Below are positions 48,283 to 56,584 of a stretch of 64,000 nt of DNA, piece by piece. This DNA is from a virus. The stretch covers positions 22,866 to 86,865 of IMG/VR virus record IMGVR_UViG_3300020420_001038; one strand, given 5' to 3'. The notes below the pieces were generated by a model. It saw nothing but the letters and a program-made list of their open reading frames with translations. It was not told the DNA's origin and ran no database searches. A program made the position numbers and the translations under genes. Every line of letters starts with the position of its first letter. The first letter of the stretch is position 1.

Positions 48283-50352
48283 TTATACTAGACTTCCGTC
48301 CATTTTTGCAAGATTAATATTTGTTTTTTTGGTATTTTGTTCAGTCTTTGCACCTATCATAACAAGCATATTTAAGTGATCTGCAAGTTTTTCGTTCGTT
48401 GCAACCATACGGTTAATACCTTCTATTAAGTTTGGCTGTGTTGTGGTAGCCATTGTTTCTCTGGCCGCCTCGCTGACAGGCATTCCTGTTGCAGTCATGT
48501 CTTTTGACAGCATTGCCAATGCACTGGCAAAATTTGCTTTAGGAATAACTGCTTCCTCACCATGCAACATTGCCAATTTGCCACTGCCAAAATTTTGGAA
48601 TCCGTCTGTGCCTTGATTGAAATCAGGAATTATACTTTTTAAGTAATTGTAACCTGCAATGACTCCCTCTTTGGAGTTTGAAAAGAATCCTTTGCCGTCT
48701 TCGCCCTTGGTTGCAAATTCTTTCACCGCCGATCCGGCCGCTTTTGCATCTTCCGTAACGTTTGTGAAAATGCCTTTGTCATCTGCACCCGGAAGTATGT
48801 ACTCCAAGGTGGATTTTGCTCCCTTGGCCACACTATCATATATTGTTCTGAAACCCTCCCAGTTCAAAATGTGTACACCGATCTCTGCCATCTTGTCTAT
48901 TGTCTTTTGTATTGGATTGCTTTCCCCTGTGAAGTAAGTAGTCAGGTCGTCCAACATTGTTCCAATTTTTGTCGGCACTGTTGTGATAAAGGCCTTGGCA
49001 ATTGCAAGTCCGGCTTTTTCTGCCTGCACTTCAAGTTTTTGTAATTTGTCTGTGGCATTTACTAGTGCTGTGGTGTTTGCATCTCTGGCACTCATCTCTT
49101 TGTCTAATGTTTCAGACTGACCACCTGCAAGTTTGGCCAGTGCAGATAGTCCTTCTCCAAAAGATCCTCCGGCAAATGCGGCATCACCAAAACCTTCGCC
49201 TGTCTTGATTGCTTCATTGGCCGAGGCACGTAACGCATTCATTAAACTTTCAACATCACCATTACCTCTACTGAAAGCAAGTATGGCATCATTGATTGCT
49301 CCGCCACTCATTGTAGTTAGATTTCTTGATGTTTCTGTGATGGGTGCACCTAAGGCAATAAGTTCTTGTGCCAGTTGTCCGAGGTTGCCGTCTACCGCGC
49401 CAAGACTAGCCACCATGTTGTTTAATCGATTTGCTTCTTCAGGAGCCATGCCTGCCAACTGTGCCTGGAACGCACCATTAACCGACAATGCTCTGTTCTG
49501 TTGATCTAATTCTTGAACACTTGCACCTGTAAGTTTTGAAAGTTTTACTAAATTTTTTGTGTAGTCAACAGTGATGGAAGCAAGATCCATGCTACGCATT
49601 TTGTCTGCGTTACCTCTTGCTCTTTCTAATTCAAGAACAGTGGCTCCAAATTCTGCTGTCTCTTCTAAATTCAAACCAAATTGTGCAAGTTCGTTGATTG
49701 TTCTATCTCTCAGTTCTCTTGTGAACCTTGTCAACACTGGCATCGATTGATCAACTGTTCCAAACAGTCCCGCAAGTCCTTGTGAATTTTGTCCAACCAG
49801 ATCAACAAATTGCATCAATGGCATGTTTGCATCCAGTGCCGCTTCTCTCAATTTGATAACCGATCCTCCAAATGTGGCTCCATTCTGTGCCAATGTTTTG
49901 AATATGCTTGAGTTGAAGTCAACAAATTTTCCTAGTTTTTCTAAACCAAAACCTAAACCTTGTGTAGCCTCACCAAACGATTGGAAGTATTTGTCTCCTT
50001 CAATCGCTGTTTTTGTATTTTGTGCCAATCCTGCAACAGTTTTCTTTGCTTCATTGCCGATCAAAGTTCCCATCTTTTTGACAGCGGCTCCAAAACTATT
50101 CACGGATTTGGTAGTGACATTGAATTCCTCGCCCATTTTTCGTATTTGGGAGATATTCTTTCTGATGGCCTGTCGCTTTTTCTCGTCGGCCTCTGTGGAA
50201 CCCTTAATGGCTTGTAATTCTTTTTCTTGCGCCTGTATGGTTCTCTTTAAAATTGCTTCTTTTTGTTTTTCCGTGTTGGCAAGTTTTAACATCGATCTTG
50301 TTGTTGACAATATCGTTGAATTGAACTTTTCTAGATTCTCTATCTCAGCCAT
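48283..50352 (-). CDS. putative tape measure protein
   Basis: 689 aa helical, A/G/L-rich; C-terminal AMLHGEEAVIP motif common in tape measures. Confidence 0.7.
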   Translation of the reverse strand: MAEIENLEKFNSTILSTTRSMLKLANTEKQKEAILKRTIQAQEKELQAIKGSTEADEKKRQAIRKNISQIRKMGEEFNVTTKSVNSFGAAVKKMGTLIGNEAKKTVAGLAQNTKTAIEGDKYFQSFGEATQGLGFGLEKLGKFVDFNSSIFKTLAQNGATFGGSVIKLREAALDANMPLMQFVDLVGQNSQGLAGLFGTVDQSMPVLTRFTRELRDRTINELAQFGLNLEETAEFGATVLELERARGNADKMRSMDLASITVDYTKNLVKLSKLTGASVQELDQQNRALSVNGAFQAQLAGMAPEEANRLNNMVASLGAVDGNLGQLAQELIALGAPITETSRNLTTMSGGAINDAILAFSRGNGDVESLMNALRASANEAIKTGEGFGDAAFAGGSFGEGLSALAKLAGGQSETLDKEMSARDANTTALVNATDKLQKLEVQAEKAGLAIAKAFITTVPTKIGTMLDDLTTYFTGESNPIQKTIDKMAEIGVHILNWEGFRTIYDSVAKGAKSTLEYILPGADDKGIFTNVTEDAKAAGSAVKEFATKGEDGKGFFSNSKEGVIAGYNYLKSIIPDFNQGTDGFQNFGSGKLAMLHGEEAVIPKANFASALAMLSKDMTATGMPVSEAARETMATTTQPNLIEGINRMVATNEKLADHLNMLVMIGAKTEQNTKKTNINLAKMDGSLV

Positions 50353-50433
50353 ATGGTTTTATTTCGCCCCTTTTTATACGCATATAAATATTGACATACA
50401 TACGCAATTATCGTATATTTATAGATGCAAAAA

Positions 50434-51291
50434 ATGACAGAAAATACTAACCCTTTACAAAAGTATTATAGACAGCCACAGATCTATGTGAAACTGCCAT
50501 CGGGCGGTAAATGGTATGGCCCTGAGGTTTTCACCCCAACTGAAAATGGTGAGATACCAATCTTGCCAATGACAGCAAAAGACGAACTGGCTTTCAAAAC
50601 TCCAGATGCATTGATATCAGGACAAGCGACAGTGGATGTGATAAAATCTTGTGTACCAAATCTTAAAGATCCATGGCAAATGGTGAATTTTGACACTGAC
50701 ACTATATTATTAGCAATCAGGATAGCATCGTATGGTGAGACCATGAACATCGACTTCACTGTACCTGTTACTAATGAGCAGGATTCCACTACATTAAATT
50801 TGCCTGCCATGTTGGAAGATCTGGGCAGAGCAAAAATATCAGATTCTTGCAAAACAAAAGCAGGATTTGTTATTAAACTTGCACCTTTAAGATACAATCA
50901 ACTAACAAAAATAATCCTTGCACAGTATGAACAGCAAAGAATTTATGCATCGGCGGTGGCCTCAAACGTGAATGAAGTTACCAGAAGCAAAACTTTCTCC
51001 GAAAGTTTTAAAAAATTAAATGAACTAAATTTTGATATGCTTATCAACAGTGTGGCAAGTATTACCACTCCAGATAATGTCGAAGTCAATGACCAAAAAC
51101 AAATTGTGGAATTCTTAAGCAACGCACCTTCTGACGTGGTGGATGATATACAAACAGAATTGGCAAAAGTGAGAAGCCAGGCACAGACTCCTCCGTTGAA
51201 AATAAAGGCCACGGAAGAGCAGATCAAGAAAGGTGTTCCGGCAACATTTGAGGTACCCGTAACTTTCGACAACTCAAATTTTTTCGGGTAA
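50434..51291 (+). CDS. baseplate hub / tail assembly chaperone (gp26-like)
   Basis: YVKLPSGG, PMTAKDE, LLAIRIASYGE, C-terminal SNFFG; start at ATG 50434. Confidence 0.75.
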   Translation: MTENTNPLQKYYRQPQIYVKLPSGGKWYGPEVFTPTENGEIPILPMTAKDELAFKTPDALISGQATVDVIKSCVPNLKDPWQMVNFDTDTILLAIRIASYGETMNIDFTVPVTNEQDSTTLNLPAMLEDLGRAKISDSCKTKAGFVIKLAPLRYNQLTKIILAQYEQQRIYASAVASNVNEVTRSKTFSESFKKLNELNFDMLINSVASITTPDNVEVNDQKQIVEFLSNAPSDVVDDIQTELAKVRSQAQTPPLKIKATEEQIKKGVPATFEVPVTFDNSNFFG

Positions 51292-51293
51292 GG

Positions 51294-51515
51294 TTGCTAA
51301 CACAGTCGGAATCTGAAATTGTAAAATTTCTAAAAGATTTCGAGTCTCAACAAAAAAATCTAAAATTGGAACTTATGAAACTTTGTTGGTTTATGCGTGG
51401 CGGCATAACTTGGCAGGAGGCACTCAATTTATCGCCGGATGAGCGCCAAATAGTGTCACAATTGGTAAAAGAAAACTTGGAAACTACCAAAAAAACAGGT
51501 CAGCCATTCTTCTAA
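51294..51515 (+). CDS. small hub-assembly-like ORF (gp51-like), probably reached by -1 frameshift
   Basis: LCWFMRGGITWQEALNLSPDER; weak TTG start; lies in the -1 frame of the upstream ORF after T_TTT_TTC. Confidence 0.65.
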   Translation: MLTQSESEIVKFLKDFESQQKNLKLELMKLCWFMRGGITWQEALNLSPDERQIVSQLVKENLETTKKTGQPFF

Positions 51516-51567
51516 AATATAGTATACTATAATGGATGTTAAAAAATACGATAATTAACACTTGCAT

Positions 51568-51894
51568 ATGTCCGAAAGAGATCTAATTAAAGAACTCAAA
51601 GCACAAATTGTTGACCTCACCGCAGATCGCGATGATGCTCTGGCTAAAGTCAAGAGCAAGGAGTCACGTATGAAGCAGGTGTTGATAAAATTAGAACATG
51701 CAACTTCAGATGTGCAGGCAACAGGTCACAAGATAGGCGATCAGAACAAGAAGATAGCAGAACTTGAGGCCAAACTCGCGACCAAAGAGGAGTTACTGGA
51801 AGAAGCGTTAACTAAGATTAAAGTATTCAAGCAAGGACATTTTGACCCAGATGACTCAACACACACCGACGCAAAAGATCAAGACCTGGATTAG
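51568..51894 (+). CDS. coiled-coil hypothetical protein
   Basis: Heptad-rich ORF (MSERDLIKELK...). Confidence 0.65.
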   Translation: MSERDLIKELKAQIVDLTADRDDALAKVKSKESRMKQVLIKLEHATSDVQATGHKIGDQNKKIAELEAKLATKEELLEEALTKIKVFKQGHFDPDDSTHTDAKDQDLD

Positions 51895-52351
51895 CGAATT
51901 CGTAACCAAACCGAATCCCATATTCGGCGACCTACCGCCATGCCCGTTTGCCCAAAAGGCCATGCTGGAGGACAAGGTGGAGTTCCTGGAACTGGACGGT
52001 GTTGCCGGATACGAAACACTGTACGGACACATATTCAATTTTGATTTCGAGGACAAGGACGTGTTGGTAATGATAGCACAGCCTGACCAATTCACTGGCC
52101 CAGAGACCGAGCAGTTGGCACGTGATCTCAACTCATACTTCATGTCCAAGGATGTGGTTGTGTTGGAGGACCATCCGGAGATAGATGAGTCGGTCAAACA
52201 TGTCAAACTCAACAATGGTGAATACGTATTGTTCCTGGCCCAGAGCCTCAGCAAGTTGAACCATTTCAGCAAACTGCTGGAATCCGGTCCTTACTATAAA
52301 AATTGGTCTAAAAATTATCTCGAAGCAGTGAAAGGTTTCCGAGAGAAGTAA
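51851..52351 (+). CDS. hypothetical protein (DUF1415-like)
   Basis: WISEFV...LPPCPFAQKA and EDHP motifs resemble the DUF1415 CPFA pattern. Confidence 0.6.
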   Translation: MTQHTPTQKIKTWISEFVTKPNPIFGDLPPCPFAQKAMLEDKVEFLELDGVAGYETLYGHIFNFDFEDKDVLVMIAQPDQFTGPETEQLARDLNSYFMSKDVVVLEDHPEIDESVKHVKLNNGEYVLFLAQSLSKLNHFSKLLESGPYYKNWSKNYLEAVKGFREK

Positions 52352-53081
52352 CCTGGTCGATCTCGCTGTCTCTCTTGCACAGCCTACGGTACAGCCGTTT
52401 GTTAGATGTCCACTCCATGCCGGTCCACCATTCGAATCCCCTCCATGATGCCTTGTATTCCGAGGACTTCTCGTATCCACTGCCCATGTAGTAGTATGGT
52501 ATGGATTGATCCGCGGCCCACATCATCTCGAGATCCATCGTGATCGCCGATATGGGCACTGTGTTGGCGTGTATGCAACTCTCCAGTCCCGACACTGTGT
52601 ATGCGTCCATGTCGTCTATGGTGGGTGCCATCATGTCCTCCTGCCACCAGTAACGTTTTTGCTTTGTGAATCCTATTATGTTGTCAGCGGATCCGGTGTA
52701 GAATATCATGAATTGGTCACGTTTGTGGTAATGTCCGAAAGGGTTGTAGTCCGCGCCAAATTTTTTCCGCTTCATGTACTGCTTGTATATTTCGGGCAGT
52801 CCCAACAGTTTAACCATCTCGGATGCGTCTATCACTTTCAGTTCCACACGTTGTCCCTGCCATTTGTGTTCACGGAATCTCGGTCGGAACCGATCCATGT
52901 GTATGCGTGTGCTACGTGATTGGTAAAAAACTTCCTTGCCGCCCACTGGCTCGTCCAGCGCCAGCCAACCATGTTCTATTGCTTCCGACTCTTCGCCCTC
53001 GTCAAAGATTGCCATGGGTTTGCATACCACTAAATCCTGCTGTTCCTGTTTGCCGAAAGTGTGATCCCAAATAAACTGCAT
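52308..53081 (-). CDS. putative aminoacyl-tRNA--protein transferase (ATE/Bpt-like)
   Basis: AIEHGW, STRI, and C-terminal YYYMGSGYEKSSEYK resemble the ATE/Bpt L..GW and YYYLGY....KM.YK motifs. Confidence 0.6.
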   Translation of the reverse strand: MQFIWDHTFGKQEQQDLVVCKPMAIFDEGEESEAIEHGWLALDEPVGGKEVFYQSRSTRIHMDRFRPRFREHKWQGQRVELKVIDASEMVKLLGLPEIYKQYMKRKKFGADYNPFGHYHKRDQFMIFYTGSADNIIGFTKQKRYWWQEDMMAPTIDDMDAYTVSGLESCIHANTVPISAITMDLEMMWAADQSIPYYYMGSGYEKSSEYKASWRGFEWWTGMEWTSNKRLYRRLCKRDSEIDQVTSLGNLSLLRDNF

Positions 53082-53099
53082 ACTGTACTTAATTCAATA

Positions 53100-53510
53100 C
53101 AAAGATGGTTTGCAACCATCTGAAACTTCGCTACGCTCGTTTCTTTTTTTAATTAACGCAGTTTAAGAAAACTTAACGCATTGTGCGTTCTCTGTGGTAG
53201 ATGAGCAGTCACTATTCTGCTATTACTAGCAGAACAGATCGTAAACTCTGTGGTGAGTTCACAGTCACTATACATCGCTACTCTCGTCGGGCGGTTGTGC
53301 TGTACCCGTTTGCTCATTCATTACAACGCGAGCCTACTAGATCCTTGTATAATAGTATCTAATAAACTTGAGGTTTATCTTTTTCTAAGAGCCTCATCAT
53401 TTTTGCTGTGTGCATCAAAGGATTCACCTGTCGCTTGTTAGCCGCATTTCCTTGCTCACTGGTTGCGATGCTATGTTTGCCTGGGGGAAATTGTGTGTGC
53501 CTATCGCATA
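53100..53510 (-). ncRNA. candidate large structured ncRNA (alternatively a replication origin)
   Basis: About 480 nt with no credible ORF, at least seven inverted repeats and two direct-repeat cassettes; TATAAACA late-like box at the minus-strand 5' end. Confidence 0.55.
53190..53271. repeat. two-copy direct repeat CTCTGTGGT-N7-CAGTCACTAT, 56 nt period
   Basis: 53190-53215 (core AGATGAG) and 53246-53271 (core GAGTTCA), with an 8-bp hairpin between them. Confidence 0.9.
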
Positions 53511-53562
53511 TGTTTATATGAGTTTTATTTTAAGGTCAATCTTTTTGGCTTTAAATATTGTA

Positions 53563-54009
53563 ATGCATTGGCAGTACCGAGAAAAAGACATCACAGAATT
53601 ACCAGATGAGGTTGTGGGATTTGTTTACCAAATAACAAATACAACCAACGGTAGGATGTACATAGGAAAAAAACTTGCTAGATTCAAAAGGTCAAGGAAG
53701 CCTTTGAAAGGCAGGGTCAACAAAAGAAGATACACGGTGGCCAGCGATTGGCAGGATTACTATGGATCAAGTGATGCCCTCAATGAGGACATACAAAAAC
53801 TTGGTAAAGACAAATTCAAAAGAGAAATATTATTCTACTGCAAATCCAAAGCGGAACTTTCATACGTTGAGGCCAGAGAACAGTTTGCACGAAAAGTTTT
53901 GGAAACAGACGATTACTACAACGGCCATATCAGGGTTCGTATACACGGGTCTGGGATAATGAGAGAAAAATCTACAAAAGGTATATTAAAAGAAAAAGCC
54001 TCCACTTAA
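53563..54009 (+). CDS. minimal GIY-YIG nuclease-fold protein
   Basis: GFVYQITNTTNGRMYIGKK, YYGSS, FKREIL, catalytic-type E (YVEAREQ), YYN. Start at ATG 53563, 5 nt after TAAATA. Confidence 0.85.
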   Translation: MHWQYREKDITELPDEVVGFVYQITNTTNGRMYIGKKLARFKRSRKPLKGRVNKRRYTVASDWQDYYGSSDALNEDIQKLGKDKFKREILFYCKSKAELSYVEAREQFARKVLETDDYYNGHIRVRIHGSGIMREKSTKGILKEKAST

Positions 54010-54028
54010 AATAAGCAGAGGCCTTTTT
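53993..54028. terminator. probable bidirectional terminator between convergent genes
   Basis: AAAAAGCCTC...GAGGCCTTTTT imperfect hairpin. Confidence 0.55.
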
Positions 54029-54055
54029 ATCGCGTTCGGATCCAATTAGCAATAA

Positions 54056-54247
54056 TTACGCCGCAGTTTTTGCCGCGTTTTTAGCCTCTTGAATTTCTTT
54101 TCTTCTTGCTTTGATCAATTTTGAAAGATTAGCAAGTGCTTTTCTGGCTCTTGTTGCAGAAGCCTTTACGCCTTTCTCTGTGAACTTTCCGTTCTCTTCA
54201 GAGTATGCTTGGATCTCACTCATGATCTGTTCATGTGTTTGTGACAT
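54056..54247 (-). CDS. histone H1-like (Hc1-like) small basic protein
   Basis: KFTEKGVKASATRARKAL..L.KL.K..RKE pattern. Confidence 0.75.
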   Translation of the reverse strand: MSQTHEQIMSEIQAYSEENGKFTEKGVKASATRARKALANLSKLIKARRKEIQEAKNAAKTAA

Positions 54248-54335
54248 ATTAATTGTCCTTCCTTTTTATTCGTACGATAATATTAATTAACATATGCTTA
54301 ATTAAAGCACGTAAGAACTGGTTCTGTCAAGTAAA

Positions 54336-54812
54336 TTAATATGGAATATATGATTCTTTTACCAAATCATATATTTGATTTTTGGTAAACTGCCAATCTT
54401 CATAGATATCAGCAAATTTTTTTGCAATTTTGTCGTAATCTTCTTTGGTTTCCATGTGCCCAGGTTCAAATATTTGGGCATTTTGGTTCTCCATGTTGTG
54501 TCTGTACACAATAAAATTTAAATTTAATTTTTCCAACCCGTAATTTATTGGGCCTGTTTTCTTCCAATTCAAGAACGTGCCTTGTTTGCTTGTGAATACA
54601 AATATTTTCTTTGCTTTGGAAAATAGCAATGAAAGATTTTCATTTATATTCCTATTTCCCGTGGCAGTATGAATCAATATTTCGTATTCTGGTAGGTTTC
54701 GGATGCAATTTCTATCTGTGATATCCAACATATCTTTGCCATAGTAATCACCATCTATAAATTCTTTTAGACTATTTGCAAGATTTCCATGTCCGCCAGT
54801 GACTAGGATCAT
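54336..54812 (-). CDS. short SDR/epimerase-like Rossmann protein
   Basis: ILVTGGHGNLA, LDITD, YxxxK (YGLEK); only 158 aa. Confidence 0.65.
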   Translation of the reverse strand: MILVTGGHGNLANSLKEFIDGDYYGKDMLDITDRNCIRNLPEYEILIHTATGNRNINENLSLLFSKAKKIFVFTSKQGTFLNWKKTGPINYGLEKLNLNFIVYRHNMENQNAQIFEPGHMETKEDYDKIAKKFADIYEDWQFTKNQIYDLVKESYIPY

Positions 54813-56584
54813 ACAATTATCTCTACATCGTTAGCATAATTGGTAAAGCCATTTTCTTTTGTAACTTTTAATACTGAATTTACTCTGCTGACAAGTTCGT
54901 CTTTGTGTGAAATCAAGAAAATATTTTTCCTTTGTGTTCTACTCATGTCTTTAAGAACCGCCATGGAACTTTCTACACCAGATAGATCCATACCTGCATC
55001 AACCAGTTCATCTATGAACAATAAGTTGATCTGTTGATAAAGGCTTTCCCATACATCTCTGAATGCCCAACTTAGACTCAATATCAGTCTATTACGTTCA
55101 CCTCTGCTTAAATTATCAAAATCCAGTTCTCTTCCAAGTTCCTCGATAGTTACTGTCAAGTCTGGTTGGAATGTAACCGTATGCGGTAGTTTAACTTTGC
55201 CCAAGAAGTGTGCAAGTCTTTGGTTCAAATATGTTAAGTTTTGTTCGATTATTCTTGTTCTTATAAATGAGTCTTTCGCTGTTAGTAGTTTGTACAAAAA
55301 CTCCTGGTGTCTATACAAATCTTCCATTTCATTTACACTTGTATAGTCTACTTTTTGTATGGCTTTTTGTGTTAGTTCTTCTATCTGTTCAGCATACGGA
55401 TCTTCTTTTTTCTCTGTTTGTTCCAGTTGTCTTTGTAAATCTTTAAGACTGCCTTTATGGTTGTATGCTTCGTCCATTGTGTCGTAATAGGTATCCGGAG
55501 TTTGTCCTAAATCTCCTATAACATCAAGATCTTGTTGTATTTTTGCAAGATCACTTTTTACTTTGTCACTAATTTCTCTGCTTTCATTTAAGGTTTGTGT
55601 AAGTTGTTCTGTGAGATGCTTATGCTTGTCGTCGTTTAAAGATTGTTCACATGTGGGGCATTTTGCATCTTTGGTGTATTCCAAGTCTGCTTCTGTTTTT
55701 GTTATTGTTTGTTCTGTTTTAGTTAAACTATCTTCGTGATATGCTTTTTCTTTATTTAGACTTAATTGTTTAAGATAGTTTTCATTGTGTTTTTGTAATT
55801 TTTTGTGTGCTTCTAGTTCTTCCTTTATGTTTACTTTTTCAAGTTCTGTGATTGCTTCGTTGAAATTTTTCACGTCTTTTTCTTGTTGCGTTTGCCATGC
55901 ACTAGATCTTATTTTCAAACTTTCAATTGATTCTTGTATTTTTTCATTAGCGGCCATTTTAGAATCTATTTTGTATTTTTCTTCAGTCAATTGTGTTTTG
56001 GTTGATTTCATCTTCTCTTTTAGCAGATCTGCTTTTTGAGATAATAAAGTTATGCCAAGTAATTGTTCAATTATTTCTCTTTGTTCGTTTGCTTTAGTAG
56101 ATAAAAACGGTTGTGTGTATGTGTTCAATGCAATTATATTTTTAAACATTGCCAACGTCATACCGATCAAGTTGTTAATTTCTACTTGCGTTTCCCTATT
56201 TTCACCTTGTGCTTCGTTGCTTTCTGTATTTTGTTCAATGTTGTTTGCATAGAATCTAAAAATACCAGGCTTTCTACCACGTTCAATTGTGTACTCTACA
56301 TTATTTTTTATAAATTTAATGCTTACCATCATGGCTTTTTCGTTGGTTTTGTTTACAAGATTATCTCTTCTGATATTTGTTAAAGCCTCACCAAAGAAGA
56401 CATATGATAGTGCATTTATAATTGTTGTCTTACCTGTACCGTTTCTTGCACCGGCATCATCGCCGCCCAGGTCCAAGTTTTCACCAATAACTAAAACTAA
56501 ATTTTTATTGGCAAAATTAATGCTTTGTGTAGCATTACCCACACTCATGAAATTTTTTACTGTAAGTTCTTTAATTGTTAACAT
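54809..56584 (-). CDS. recombination endonuclease ATPase subunit (gp46/SbcC/Rad50-like)
   Basis: KNFMSVGN, Walker A NGTGKTT, zinc hook CPTC, LSRGE signature, FIDE, ISHK. Confidence 0.95.
   Translation of the reverse strand: MLTIKELTVKNFMSVGNATQSINFANKNLVLVIGENLDLGGDDAGARNGTGKTTIINALSYVFFGEALTNIRRDNLVNKTNEKAMMVSIKFIKNNVEYTIERGRKPGIFRFYANNIEQNTESNEAQGENRETQVEINNLIGMTLAMFKNIIALNTYTQPFLSTKANEQREIIEQLLGITLLSQKADLLKEKMKSTKTQLTEEKYKIDSKMAANEKIQESIESLKIRSSAWQTQQEKDVKNFNEAITELEKVNIKEELEAHKKLQKHNENYLKQLSLNKEKAYHEDSLTKTEQTITKTEADLEYTKDAKCPTCEQSLNDDKHKHLTEQLTQTLNESREISDKVKSDLAKIQQDLDVIGDLGQTPDTYYDTMDEAYNHKGSLKDLQRQLEQTEKKEDPYAEQIEELTQKAIQKVDYTSVNEMEDLYRHQEFLYKLLTAKDSFIRTRIIEQNLTYLNQRLAHFLGKVKLPHTVTFQPDLTVTIEELGRELDFDNLSRGERNRLILSLSWAFRDVWESLYQQINLLFIDELVDAGMDLSGVESSMAVLKDMSRTQRKNIFLISHKDELVSRVNSVLKVTKENGFTNYANDVEIIV

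Noticed and set aside
53190-53271. CRISPR array or TIGR array
   Set aside because: Only two units with 7 nt variable cores, and no cas or Nop-domain gene in the window; kept as an unexplained repeat
53100-53510. tmRNA, RNase P RNA or self-splicing intron
   Set aside because: No tRNA-like ends or tag ORF, no GAGGAAAGUCC, no recognisable intron core, and no interrupted gene
53410-53562. N-terminal extension of the GIY-YIG ORF in the track, and ORF 53250..53441
   Set aside because: The homology-like sequence begins at MHWQY (53563) right after a TAAATA box; the upstream frames lack coding character
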